Of a stretch of 64,000 nt of DNA, positions 21,721 to 41,989 are shown piece after piece. Source of the stretch: the human T2T-CHM13v2.0 reference genome, Homo sapiens; NCBI RefSeq assembly GCF_009914755.1, contig NC_060939.1; one strand, 5' to 3'. The notes beneath the pieces are model-generated. The model was given only the letters and a program-made list of their open reading frames with translations, did no database searches and was not told the origin of the DNA. The translations under genes and the position numbers were made by a program. How positions within the stretch are numbered: position 1 is the first letter of the stretch; each line of letters starts with the position of its first letter.

Positions 21721-23772
21721 CAGTATTTTTAAGATTTTATTTCATTGTCTTCTAGCTGCATAGCTGTTAACAAGTAGTCTTTCGAAATCATTATCTTTGT
21801 TTTTGTGGGTATAAAGTGTCTCTTACCTCTGCTTTTAAATTTTCTCTTTATCACTATTTTTCAGCAATTAGATTTTGATGTACTGTGGTTATCCTGCTTG
21901 GAGTTAAGCTTCTTCGTTGTTGGTTTATAGTTTTCGTCAAATTTGGAAAAATTTGGCCACTGTCTCCTTAATTTCATCTTTCTGTTCTCCCTTCCATATA
22001 TAGCCACTCGATATTATTCCAAAAATCTCTGAGGTTTGATTCCTTTTTTCCCTAGTTATATTCTCTTTGTGCTGTATTTTAGATAAAATTTGTTTTTCAA
22101 TTTCACTGATCTTCTTTAGTATCTAGTCTGCTATTCAGTTAATTGTTTTCATATATTGTATCTTTCATCTCTAGAAGTTCTGCTTTTTAAAAAAATCTTT
22201 GATTTTTCTCATTAAGTATTTGTATTAATACAAAAATGGCAGTTTTAACATCCTTGTCTGCTAGCTGTATCACCCCTGTCATTTCTGTGTCTGTTCCTGT
22301 TCATTATGTTTTGTCCTCATTATGGTCACATTTTCCTGCTGCTTAGCATGTCTAGTCATTTTTCTGTTAGATGGAGTACATTGTAACTCTTAAGTTATTG
22401 AGGATCTGGACTTCGTTTACTTGTGTTGGGCTTCATTTTGGCAATATTTGTGGAACAGTGTGATCTCCCTTGAGTCTGCTTTTCCGCTTTGCTAGGGTGA
22501 GTTTAAGTCAAGCAGCCTTCATTCAAGGGATATTTGATGCCTGCTACCAAGGCATGACCTTGGGGTTTCTAATGTCTTGGGTGATTACAGAGGACTCTTC
22601 CCTCTGGCATCCCCCAGTGTGAGCTTTGGGAATTGCTGTTTCCAACTCCCCACTCTTAGCTTGGCCTAGCGGAGTGTCACTGCTTCTATGCAGCCAGGCA
22701 CTCAGTAAGGACTCGAGGGGACCACGGTATAGATTCCTGGAGGTTTTTTTTTCCCTCCATAGTGTTCTCCTTTCTGGAAATCTGCTTGCAGCTTCAACTA
22801 TCTCACCTTTCCTCAACTCCGCAAGACTGCCAGGTTCTGTTTCTATTTCCTTTCCCTGTGCCTGCAGCTTGGATATTGCCTCCATGAAGAGAGCTGGGAT
22901 GATTACAGGGTTCATCCTATTTTTTTCCTTTCTTAGGGATTACAGTCCTGTCACAGCTGCCTGTGGTCCAATATGTGGAAAACGTTTGTTTCATATACTT
23001 AATTTACTTTTCTAGTTGTTTATAGAAGGAAGTTAAGTCCCATCCTTCTTACTCTGGCATGACTAAATGTGGAAGTCTGCAGATAGAGTATTCCTATCAG
23101 GGAATAGAGGGAGTAGAAGCAGGAAAGAGAAATGCACAAAGCTTCTGTGTCCATCCCTTAACTTGGCCAAAGAATCAGTGCTGCCCATGTGTCTCCAGAA
23201 GTGGAAAGTATACCTTCACATCTCTGCCTACAGGCAAAAGAACCAGTTTTGAAGCCTATTTCTCTTGAATAGAATTTCAGGAAGTTCACAGAATCAGATA
23301 ATAAGAGTTGGGATATTCAAGAGAAAGTTCCGTTGAGCATATTTCTACACAATGCTCTTTTGAGCTAATTCCCACTAAATACTTTGCTGTGTGTTGCCAA
23401 GTTCCTGTACCTCTTATTAGGTAAAATGCTTTGCCCTAAACTCCTTGCAGATTGTGCCTCCCTATGTACTAGAAAAATAAGATTACATTCTTACTACAGC
23501 ATGCAAAAAATAGATGAATATTCATCAAATTAGAGAAGATTTTAGGATGGACTGACAAAAGCTACAAATTAATTCTGGAGGCTCCCTAAGGAGATGGCAA
23601 ATAATCATCCAGAGCAGCTGAAACTGTTATGAGACCTTACTATCCATGTTGTGTTACTATCATGGCTTGTACAGGACCAACATGCCATGATAGTAAGACA
23701 ACATGGACAAAGAAAACAAGCCTCAAATATAATATTTTAGGCTAAGTGCTGCACATTGCAGGCATTGATTTA

Positions 23773-24927
<1,155 letters not shown>

Positions 24928-25923
24928 AGCAGGGACTTATTTAAAGGTGCTTAAATAACTAACAATGCTATAAATGGCAGCTTTTATTTTCATGTAGTCT
25001 AGTTTTATAATTTGGGGGGTTTTACACTCAGCTTTCCTCCTGATTGGATTTTTGGTCCTGGAAAGGTGAATCCGTGTCTGGGTGTTAATTTTCCTGTGCA
25101 CTGAAAGAGGAGGTTGAAGTCATTAGATCATCGTTGAGGTTCCATTCAGCTTTGAAAGGTTCTGATCTGTGAACCTCATCATGTGACCATGGGTTGGCAT
25201 CTTGGCCAGTAAGTTCTGACAAATATTCATATGTATGTTAACCTGAACTCCAGGCTCTGAGTTTTCATTGGAATTTGAATTTCCCTGATCTGGGATTTGT
25301 CATTCCCATAATTACATCCCTAAACCAGTCTGATTTTAACTTCTGCCTGGATACTCTTATTTTCCTGCATATTGCAGCTTTGTTTCATGTATCTCCCATC
25401 CTCAAAGACCACTAAAGGCCTTTTGAGAATTTCCCTGCCCAGCTTTCAAGGCCTCCTGTAATCTGCTCTCATGCTACAAAATCAACTGTATTTTCCACTT
25501 GAATCCAAATTTCATAACTAATGCTACAAATTGCTACCCCAGTTGATCCATATATATCATTTTAAATATAAGTAACTTAAAAATTTTCAGAATTTTACAA
25601 TTAGTGTAAATTTGTGACCCATTCAAAACTGAAGGCAACAAATCAGTGTGTTGCGAGTGACTGATAACCTACTGAAACACTTTTTTTCTCCCCAGTTGGC
25701 TGAATGTAAATCATAATAAGCCAATCAGTCACCAGTCTGGCATTAAGCCCAAGGAAGAGGCTATTCTTTGTCCACTCCTTGGGTGTTAAAATAGCAAATA
25801 GCTGTGAATCTAGAGGACTGACTCTACACTATCACAAAAAGCCCAGCTTTCTTTTCACTCAATCTTGACAGTAGGTGAATTAATGGATTTCTTCTTCTTC
25901 CACGTTAATAGGCAACTAAGATT

Positions 25924-26476
25924 CTTTAAGTTCCAGGGTACGTGTGCAGGATGTACAGATTTGTTACATAGGTAAACATAAGTCATGGTGGTTTGCTGCA
26001 CCTATCAACCTATCACCTAGGAATTCAGCCCAGCATGCATTAGCTGTTTTTCCTAATGTGCTCCCTCCTGCTACCCCACCCCGTGACATGCCCCAGTGTG
26101 TTGTTCCCCTTTCTTTGTCCATGTGTTCATTGTTAAGTTCCCACTTATGAGAACATGTGATGTTTGGTTTTCTGTACCTGTTTGCTGAGGATAATGGCTT
26201 CCAGGTCCATCCATGTCCCTTCAAAGGATATAATCTTGTTCCTTTTTATGGTTGCATGATATTCCATGGTGGGTATGTGCCACATTTTCTTTATCCAGTC
26301 TATCATTGATGGGCATTTGGGTTGATTCCATGTCTTTGCTATTGTGAATTATGCTGCAGTGAACATACGTGCATGTGTCTGTGTAATAAAATGATTTATA
26401 TTCCTTTGGGTATATACGCAGTAATGGGATTGCTGGGTCAAATGGTATTTCTGGTTCTAGATCTTTGAGGAATCAG
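25924..26476 (-). mobile_element. 5'-truncated primate L1 (L1PA-type) 3' end
   Basis: tttaagttccagggtacgtgtgcagg...ttatccagtctatcattgatgggcatttgggttgattcca...gctgggtcaaatggtatttctggttctagatc; flanking aactaaga(t/c)tctt duplication. Confidence 0.9.
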
Positions 26477-26692
26477 CAGGGAACTAAGACTCTTATCACT
26501 GAAACCTGTGGCCAGCTGGGAGGGCACAAAGTGATACATGCACTTGCTGTGACCCTTTTAATTCCAGTGGTTTGAGTAACACTATGGTAATATTGGAAGA
26601 CACGCCACAGTGCAAGTGTCAGTCATGTGATGTGTATGCGATCATTAGAAGTGACAGGAGGAAATGCCAGGCTTTGACTTCTGCACCTCCGC

Positions 26693-27696
<1,004 letters not shown>

Positions 27697-27785
27697 TATG
27701 CATTTGACTATGTAATAGGTAGTAGTGGAGGTTAGGAAGGGAACATGGAAATACATGCATAGAATGAATTGGAAGATGAAACAAT

Positions 27786-28593
27786 TTTATTTTCTTTGTA
27801 GGGACAGTCTATATTGGCCAGGCTGGTCTCCAACTCCTGGACTCAAGTAATCCTCCAGTCTCAGCCTCCTAAAGTACTGGGATTACTTACAGGTGTGAGC
27901 CACCAGTACCTAGCCAAAGTTAGTTTTAATGTGAGAGTCAAGGACTACAGTGGCATGCTGAGGTAACAACTGCAGGAGCATCGAGGTAACAGCAAAAATC
28001 TTTTACTCCAATTGGGTCAATCCAGTTAACCATGTAAGAAACTCCTCACCTAGGGTCAGTATGTTACTTCTGTATTTCTGCAAGCACAATCCACTGACAT
28101 AAAAGTCTAATAATTAGACTTTATTGTAAGTCTAATGTATCTTGTACATAAAATGTATGAACTTTGGATCAATATGGCAAGCTGAAGACACCTGTCATGT
28201 GGGGGGACTATTTTGTTTGGGTTTTTTTCCCCCTTCCTCATGTTACCTGGTCTAAGAAGGAAAGTTTTTTGGTTTTGTTTTTGCTATGATTGTCTAACTT
28301 TTCCTAATCAAGTTGTACTTGGGTTTTTTTATACCAATGATTAACTTTGGTTTTGTATTTTAAAAAGCAAGGGATTTTCTTAAAAAATTCCATCCAGAGT
28401 TTGGTTTTGCCCCTGCTGATGCTTTCATCAGGTAAAGTTACAACTGACAAAACATGACTTTATTGAAATAAGCATTCTGAAAGGGCATCATGTTCCTTGC
28501 AAAGGAAATGGGAAAATGCATTATCTAATATCTTCATATTGCTACCTTAATAGCTTCACCAGTTATTACTCAGAGTTTTAAAATGAGTTTATT
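27786..28593 (-). terminator. GTF2A2: Four tandem GTF2A2 AATAAA signals (28588-28593, 28459-28464, 28120-28125, 27786-27791)
   Basis: tttatt on the + strand at each position downstream of the stop. The most distal lies in the A-rich end of an Alu monomer fragment (~27785-27915). Confidence 0.6.
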
Positions 28594-28835
28594 AAAGAAG
28601 GTTCTTAGGAAGGCAACAACTTTTGTCCTTAAAAAAAAGTTATGGTTTTTCATGCTGTATAATAAAGGTGATGTAAGAGGCTACAGAGTTACAAGTTTCT
28701 TTCTACTGGAATTCTCTGGTATAGCACAGTGTAGTCATTTCTGCAATTCTAGAATAAATAAAAAGTCTCTTCTATGCTTCTCTTCAAAAGCAATGAATAA
28801 CAGAAGATGGTGTAAAAAAGTCATATTTTTTCTAT

Positions 28836-28861
28836 TCATTCTGTAGTATTGGAGCCAGTAT
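28836..28861 (-). CDS. GTF2A2: TFIIA gamma, last coding exon ((N)TGSNTTE*)
   Basis: Acceptor tttcctag|AT ACT GGC TCC AAT ACT ACA GAA TGA; phase matches the previous exon. Confidence 0.95.
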
Positions 28862-29167
28862 CTAGGAAACAAAAGAGAAAGTAAAGTAAAGTAAATTCAA
28901 GGAGCAATTTAATTTTACAATTAACTATTTTAAGACTATCAAAAATGAGAACACAGGACTAATAGTGGTGGTGGCTTGCAGGGTGGGGAAGAACAGGAGG
29001 AAAGGTGACACTGTAAATATGTTGAACTTCAGTAAGTTTCCTTTTAAGCAGAGATACAAACATGCTTAGCTCCTCATATTCATACTAGAGTAAAACTAAG
29101 TTGAACTACATTTGGTTCACATAATTGTTACATAACCTTTCTTCCCCCAGGTCCTTTACTGTCCCAA

Positions 29168-29771
<604 letters not shown>

Positions 29772-30185
29772 TAACACTGCATTCTTTTCTGCAGATATAA
29801 AGTAAATGGAATACAATTTAAGCTTTCCTTGAGTCAACAATCTTCTCACTAAAGATCAATTACTACACCGTGCTGAAGTGTGAGACTACACCGTGCTGAA
29901 GTGTGAGGGAAAATCCTCAAAAACTACTGCAATAAACAAGGCCAATCTGCTACTTCTCATCCACTGAAGTTTGGAAAACAATCTTGTATAGTAAAGAGCA
30001 ACACACTCTAAGGACTACCAGACAGGAGCTCCTATCAGTAAAATACGTATCTTTACATGGATTCTTTGATATTATACACCAGTATTTATTCTGTTCAGAG
30101 GCTTTATTTACTGATTTTCTGGTTCTCAGCTATGGTTCAAATGTATGGTTCAAATGACTGAAACTGACACTCTACTAGTCTACAT

Positions 30186-30370
30186 CTGTTCTGTCCAATA
30201 TGGTAACCACTGGCTAGCCATATGTGGCTAAATTCAAATTAATAAAATTAAAACATTGAGTTAAGTTCCTCAGCTGCCCATACCCACATTTCAAGTACAA
30301 CAGCCATGAGTGGCTATTGGAAAATGCAACAGAACATGTCCGTGCTAAAAAAAAGTTCTAAGCAGTACTG
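30186..30370. mobile_element. MER3-like hAT MITE fossil
   Basis: ctgtccaatatggtaaccact...agccatatgtggcta...cacatttcaagt...agccatgagtggcta. Confidence 0.55.
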
Positions 30371-31840
30371 GTGTATGTCATTAATTCATTTTGATAGAGA
30401 TCTAGGTATTATAAATTAATCCCTGAATTCTACAGACTAATAAAAATAAATATAACAAGGGTTACGAGGATGCTGTTACCTTAAATATGAAAAAAATTGT
30501 ACACAATTTCAAATATAGAAATGTTATCTTGTGATTCAGGAAACAGCACCACCTTCACAGGAATTTAAAAATAATGACAAAGATGTATCTAATGACTATA
30601 ATAAAAAGTTAACTATGCCCAAAGTTCTTAGAATGATTATTCCCTAGGTAACCTTCTGAACTATAACAAGTCCCCAACAATAACGCTGCTAGGTTCAGAG
30701 ACTTTCTGATATCTGGAAGAGACTATTTCTTTAAAAAGGGCTTAAGGTGTAATTTTATATAGCTACTAAAAATCAGGCTTAAGTGCAGGGGCTCACGCCT
30801 GTAATCCCAGCACTCTGGGAGAAGGAGGTGGGAAGGTCACCTGAGCCCAGGAGTTTGAGACCAGCCTGGGCAATACAGCAAGACTCTTTTTTTTTTTTTT
30901 TTTTTAAGGCTTAAGAGTAGTAAACTCAAAAATACATTTACTAATGTCTACATATACATACATTTTTGCAAAAAAAAGTTATAACACCATCAGGTAGTGT
31001 TACAGAGAACGTTTTTCTTCCATGTGCTTTTTTGTATTCTCTACATTTTTTCAGTGATTGATTGATTAGCTATTTCTTTGGAAATGCAAAATATATAAAA
31101 CAAATCCGACTCAAACAGGGAAATGGAGGGGGTTACTTTCTACATATCTTTCTCTTGCTTTTCAAAACTCCCTGTGTCAAAGAGCAGCAGTCTTTTCTAT
31201 TTACTTTCTGGAATAGCTGCTCTTAACACAAATGGTTCAGATTATGAAGTATATTTAAAATAATATAATTAGCAAAAAGGAAATAAACTAATCACGAAAC
31301 AGAAATTAGGTGTATAGTTTTTGAAACATTTAAGGACCTGAAGAAGTTCCTAGGTCTGGTGTGAAAAGTTCACTTGCACATGTCATATTTAACAGATTAG
31401 ATGAATATTTACCATCATGACTCCAAAGTTCTTATGGCTAATTAAAATCCTGTTTAAAATAACTCTTTAAATATATGGGTCTCCAGCAACATAGAAACCA
31501 TAGGATTGTAAAAATTATTCCTTAAAGTAAAAGGTGTCTGAAAAGCCTGATAAACACTTAAAATTTGTAATGGAAATAGGGAACAAATGCTTATTAATTT
31601 GCTTATTTTACCCACACAAATCCAACCTGTGTAAGCAGTCTATATGTTATTAAGTCACAAAGTAAGAGCACTGTTTGAGATATGTAATCAGAATTTAGTG
31701 GAGATAAAAGCCTGGGCTTATCTGGGAATTGATCATAGGGCCATTTTACCCGTTAGGCTTTTCATATGGATGCAGATCTTCTAAAGGCTCATAAAAACAA
31801 GGTTTCAAGTAGCTTTCACAGAAATAAGGCAAGCACTTAC

Positions 31841-31967
31841 TTTTACCATCACAGGCTACAATTTTCACTTTATCCACTTTAATAAGTTCTGTCACCTCTC
31901 TGAATTCAACATCATTCAGTACAAAAGTCCACACATTATCGCAGAATCTGTACGTATTTAGAGAGCC
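31841..31967 (-). CDS. GTF2A2: TFIIA gamma coding exon [42 protein letters not shown]
   Basis: aag|GGC acceptor, AAA A|gtaagt donor, 127 nt; conserved [10 protein letters not shown] motif. Confidence 0.97.
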
Positions 31968-32427
31968 CTTTAAAACAAAACATTTAGAAATACCGTGAAA
32001 CGTTTTTTCCCCTCACATTTTTCTCCAAAGCAATTTAAGAGATCTTAGCTACCAAGAACATAATAAGTTTAATGCTTAGCTTAAGATTTTCCTTAACTTT
32101 AATCCTAGCTATTAAAAAAACAACCACCAGACAAATTTGCTAAGGGAAGATTTCAAAAATATTTTAGTTGGCAGACTGTATTTTTAGTCTGCATTGCAAA
32201 TTACTTACCTGAAATATGAAGAAAAAATAAAAACTTGCGTTTGTATTTCTATTGCCCTCATGTGGCTAAGTTATGAAAGTTCATTCAAATTATGGAAATA
32301 TTTGTTAAAAGTTACATATTTTATTGTGTATGTTAATTCTCCAAATGTACAAAAGCAGGGATTTCTTAGAAACACTAAATTTTAATCCTGTGACTTGGCT
32401 CAGATGCATTACTGCATCGGTCACTAA

Positions 32428-33964
<1,537 letters not shown>

Positions 33965-34149
33965 TGAGATATACACATGCACACATATAGTCACATAGGA
34001 AATTTAGTAGGCAACACTTAAATGCCTAAAATCTTCAACTCAGAAACCACCAAGCATGAAAATGCTCCTTGCAATATTATTGTAATAGCAAAAATGGGAT
34101 TCATTCTAAATAGTCTATCAAGTGAGAATGACTAAGGAAACTGATAGCT

Positions 34150-35260
34150 ATGAATGAATGAATATAATAAATGAGTAATTACTGTGTGCTAGACTATGCT
34201 GGCCTCTGAGGATACAATGGTAAGCACAGCTCCCTGCCACTGGTGAGCTGAGTTTAGCAGGGAGATCATTAAAACAGGTAAATACGTAGTATAACAGTGC
34301 TATGAAAGAGTAAGTTACTGGGTACAATGAGAGTACAGCAAAGGCACTCAAGAGTATGGAGGACACAAGGCAGAGAGCTTCTCTCAAAAAGTGAAGTTTA
34401 AGTTGAGTCCTAAAGAATAAGTAAGAGTCAATGGAGAGGAGGGATAATGGAAAGGAAGACAAACACTTGGAATGGGGTGGTTGATTCCAGAAAACAGAAC
34501 GTGTCAGGAGGTCCTAAGATAAAGGAGAACCTTGGAAAACCTTTGCCCCATCCTAACGGTACTGGGAAGTCAGTGAAGGATCTTAAGCATAAGAGTCTGA
34601 TCAGATTTGCATTTTTGGTGATGACATAATGGGTTAGACAGGAGTATGACTAAAGGAAGTAAGACCAACTATGAAGCTGATGTCTGTTAGCTGGGTGAAT
34701 CAGAGAGGTGAAAGTGGCTTTACTACAGTAATAGTATAGTAAAGGGATCAATAGAAATGGAGAGACTTTTAAAGTAGGACCGGTAGGAATGGACAACTAT
34801 AAATATGGTGGGGTTGGGGGACAGAGAAATCCACGGTAACTCCCAAGTTTCTGACTTGAATGTCAATGCATTCACAGAAAAAGCTGGTTGGGGAGTAAAG
34901 TTAAATTTGGAACTTGTTGAATTTCAGGTATATCTAAGTCATGATGTCCAATAAGTAATTGGAGTATAGGAGAAAGCATGTGATCATGATATTCAGTTTA
35001 ACCAAAGCCAGAGGGTTGGATGAGACCAAGGACAGCGGACGCACGCTGTAACCCTAAGAAATACCAACAATTAAATGATAAGCAGAGACAGAACTACAGA
35101 GGAGTCTGAGAGCAACAGGCCAGGGAATACGAGAAAAGCTCACACAGTATGGTTTCAAGGGAAATAGGGGTTCAAAAAAACAATCATCAATAGCACTACA
35201 AATGATGCATTAGATTTAGCAAAAGTAACTCGGCAACAGCAATTTCAGTGGAGTGATAAA
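34150..35260 (-). mobile_element. Ancient L2 remnant
   Basis: tgaatgaatgaat terminus followed by actgtgtgctagactatgctggcctctgaggataca; tgatcagatttgcattttt. Confidence 0.55.
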
Positions 35261-35459
35261 TATACTGAAAGTCACCCATGACGTTAAGGGAAAAAGACAC
35301 AAAATTGTAAGCCTATAAAATATATTTAAAAATTAGATCTCCTCGTTTGCTACAGTCTGAACCTCTGGAAAGCTAAACAGCTAGATGCCAAACTCAACGT
35401 TCATTTCCAGCATCCTGAAGTTGTGTGTAATCCACGATCTTAAGAGTGTGTATATTACT

Positions 35460-38734
<3,275 letters not shown>

Positions 38735-40380
38735 TCATTGCTAGGTCAGCAAATTATACATAAAAAATATATACCTAAATTTGATCTAGCAAAATGGCTC
38801 TGAAAATTAGGTATTTCTAACACATTATCTTTTGTCTTGGCCATATGCTACACTAAGCTAAACAGAATGTTATTTGCAAACATTCTGGATTTAAAATTGA
38901 TCAAGTTGGCTGTAACCCAGGAGTAGGGTGATAAAAAGCGTGAGTTAGAATAGTAGCAGCAGGAAAATAAAAAGCAAGAATGGAAAAGTTCTGATCAAGG
39001 CTGAGAGCAATTATTTATAGCTTTTCGAAAATAGACAAACTCACAAAACACTATGCAAGATAAATGTAAATGTCAAATTACTTTAACTCTAGCTAAAGAA
39101 ATCCAAACTAGAAACCTACAATAATGCACCTAGAAGATGACTAGTTAGGCCTTGTGAACTATCTTGCCTCTGATAAGTAGTCCACCAAATTTCTTATTAG
39201 AGCAAAATTTATGTATTAACATGGATCATCTGGGCAGACTTCTGCATATGGGTATATAAAAAAACACAAACTAATTTTGGCAGAATCATTACTGTTAAAA
39301 ATTCATGGATCCACTGGTCAAATTATACAGTCTTGAAGGCATATTTTACTCCAGATAATTTTTTGGCACATGAAACTGATATATGAGACTTATTTATATT
39401 AATATAAAATACATGGAGATTTTATCCTTCACTAAAATTTAAGTCAAATGGGGCTTTGTCTATCTTGTTCATCTCTGAGTATCTAGAACATGCCTGGTAT
39501 GTTATCTTTTCATCTCTGTGTATCTAGAGCATGCCTGGTATGTTAACAGACACTCAAATTGTTTACTGAATGTTTAAGTACCAAATGAAGTAGGCAGATG
39601 TTAACTAATGATCAAATTTTGGTTGTAACCATATTTTAACCTTCTTTTGACTATATTTCTACAGGTTATGCCTTATAATACAATATAAACATAAAGTTAG
39701 ATAAATAATAAGCAAACATCATCATATATTATATGACTCCATCAATACCATAATGTGGTAAAATTATTTCTGTTGCACCATGACTCTTTCAATGGGCACT
39801 TAATCTGAAGTTATCAGGAAATTGAGAGAGATAATTTTATTCAGCTTTGGATGACTACTGTTCAAAGTATAAGTGACTGAAGTGAGACCAAGCTACCAGA
39901 ATAGACTGTTATCTACCATTAGAGATCAGGTTTTTATCAGCCAAGTTACCTAAGAGTCGGAGGGAGGCAACATGAAGTTTCTAGAAATAACTCTACTTCC
40001 CTGGAACGGGGAAAGGCCAGACTTTGAAAACCATAACAGAACCTTGGGGATTACTCCGCCACTTACCTTTAATCCTGCAGATAATATTTCAGGTGTTTGG
40101 AATCTCAGTAACTCTTCAGGGAAGGTAGCCAAACATACAAAGGCTGATTTGTGAAACAATGAAATAAAAATCTAAAAACATCTCTGTATCTCACATTAAG
40201 TGGATCAACTTAGTTTATAGTTGATTGAAAAGTATAATTTAGTTACTATAAAACAAGTTCCAAAAATTGACTAAGCCACCTCTTCCTCTTATGATTAATA
40301 AATATGTAGGGGTCCTAAAAAAAAATCAGTGTTTTAACAACCATTGGTACAGGCTTCTAGATTCAGGAAAATATCCTTAC

Positions 40381-40485
40381 CCTGAAATTGACTCTGTTCC
40401 TGACCCTCTGAGCCAGTGCTGCATTTATAGCCTTATCAAACTGAAGTAGAACTTGAAGGGCAAGTTGGGGGGTGATCTGTTGAGA
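40381..40485 (-). CDS. GTF2A2: TFIIA gamma coding exon [35 protein letters not shown]
   Basis: cag|TCT acceptor, AGG|gtaagg donor, 105 nt. Confidence 0.97.
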
Positions 40486-40832
40486 CTGAGAAAAGGTAAA
40501 GGTCATAAATCCCGTTAAGGAAGAACATTAAAGACAAAGTAAATAAAAATATACAAATTATCATCTAAAATTTAACTGAGGTTAACCAAAGCCTCTAAAC
40601 TAGAATTCCTTTATCTCCTTTGCCATAACTGATGATGAAGCACCAAGCTTGAAGCCATCTTTTGTACTATCTTGACACAAACAATCTTGAAGAGAAAACA
40701 TGCAGTGATGTTACAAAGCCAGAACAAAACTTTGTCAATTTTCCCTTACAGTGGCTGGAAAGGAGAAGATAGACAAAGAGGTGTTTCTTTTAAATACACA
40801 GGGCCTATATTAACAAACAAAAAACCTATTAA

Positions 40833-41696
<864 letters not shown>

Positions 41697-41917
41697 GATT
41701 TAGCTATATTTAATGATATCATTCAATCATGTTTTGTGTCCTGTTGTCAGGACAGTGTAATAAACAAGAATTTGAGGTAATTTAATCAGTGTTACTGACT
41801 TGCTGGGTCAAATAGTCCAAGATATTTTACCTCATATCTCTTTGCCTAAGTGATATGACAAGAATTACTGTAAACCCATCAAGATAAAAATGTTTGATTT
41901 TTAATTCAGTCTCCCAC

Positions 41918-41989
41918 CTGTATGAGCTCATCTAGGCTCTCCTGAAGACTGTTTCCCAAAGTAGTATTTCTGTATAACTGATATGCCAT
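41918..41989 (-). CDS. GTF2A2: TFIIA gamma first coding exon MAYQLYRNTTLGNSLQESLDELIQ (exon starts 42038)
   Basis: gccATGG Kozak context, CAG|gtggga donor. The four exons sum to 72+105+127+26 = 330 nt = 109 aa plus stop. Confidence 0.97.

Noticed and set aside
31746-31934. Extended TFIIA gamma C-terminus (…[11 protein letters not shown]…)
   Set aside because: Simple read-through of a strong AAA|GTAAGT donor into the intron; the spliced form gives the expected 109 aa.
39465-39545. Duplicated ~41-bp unit with RRRCATGYYY half-sites as a p53 element
   Set aside because: Single half-sites ~30 bp apart within a decayed L2-like end; not a canonical full site.
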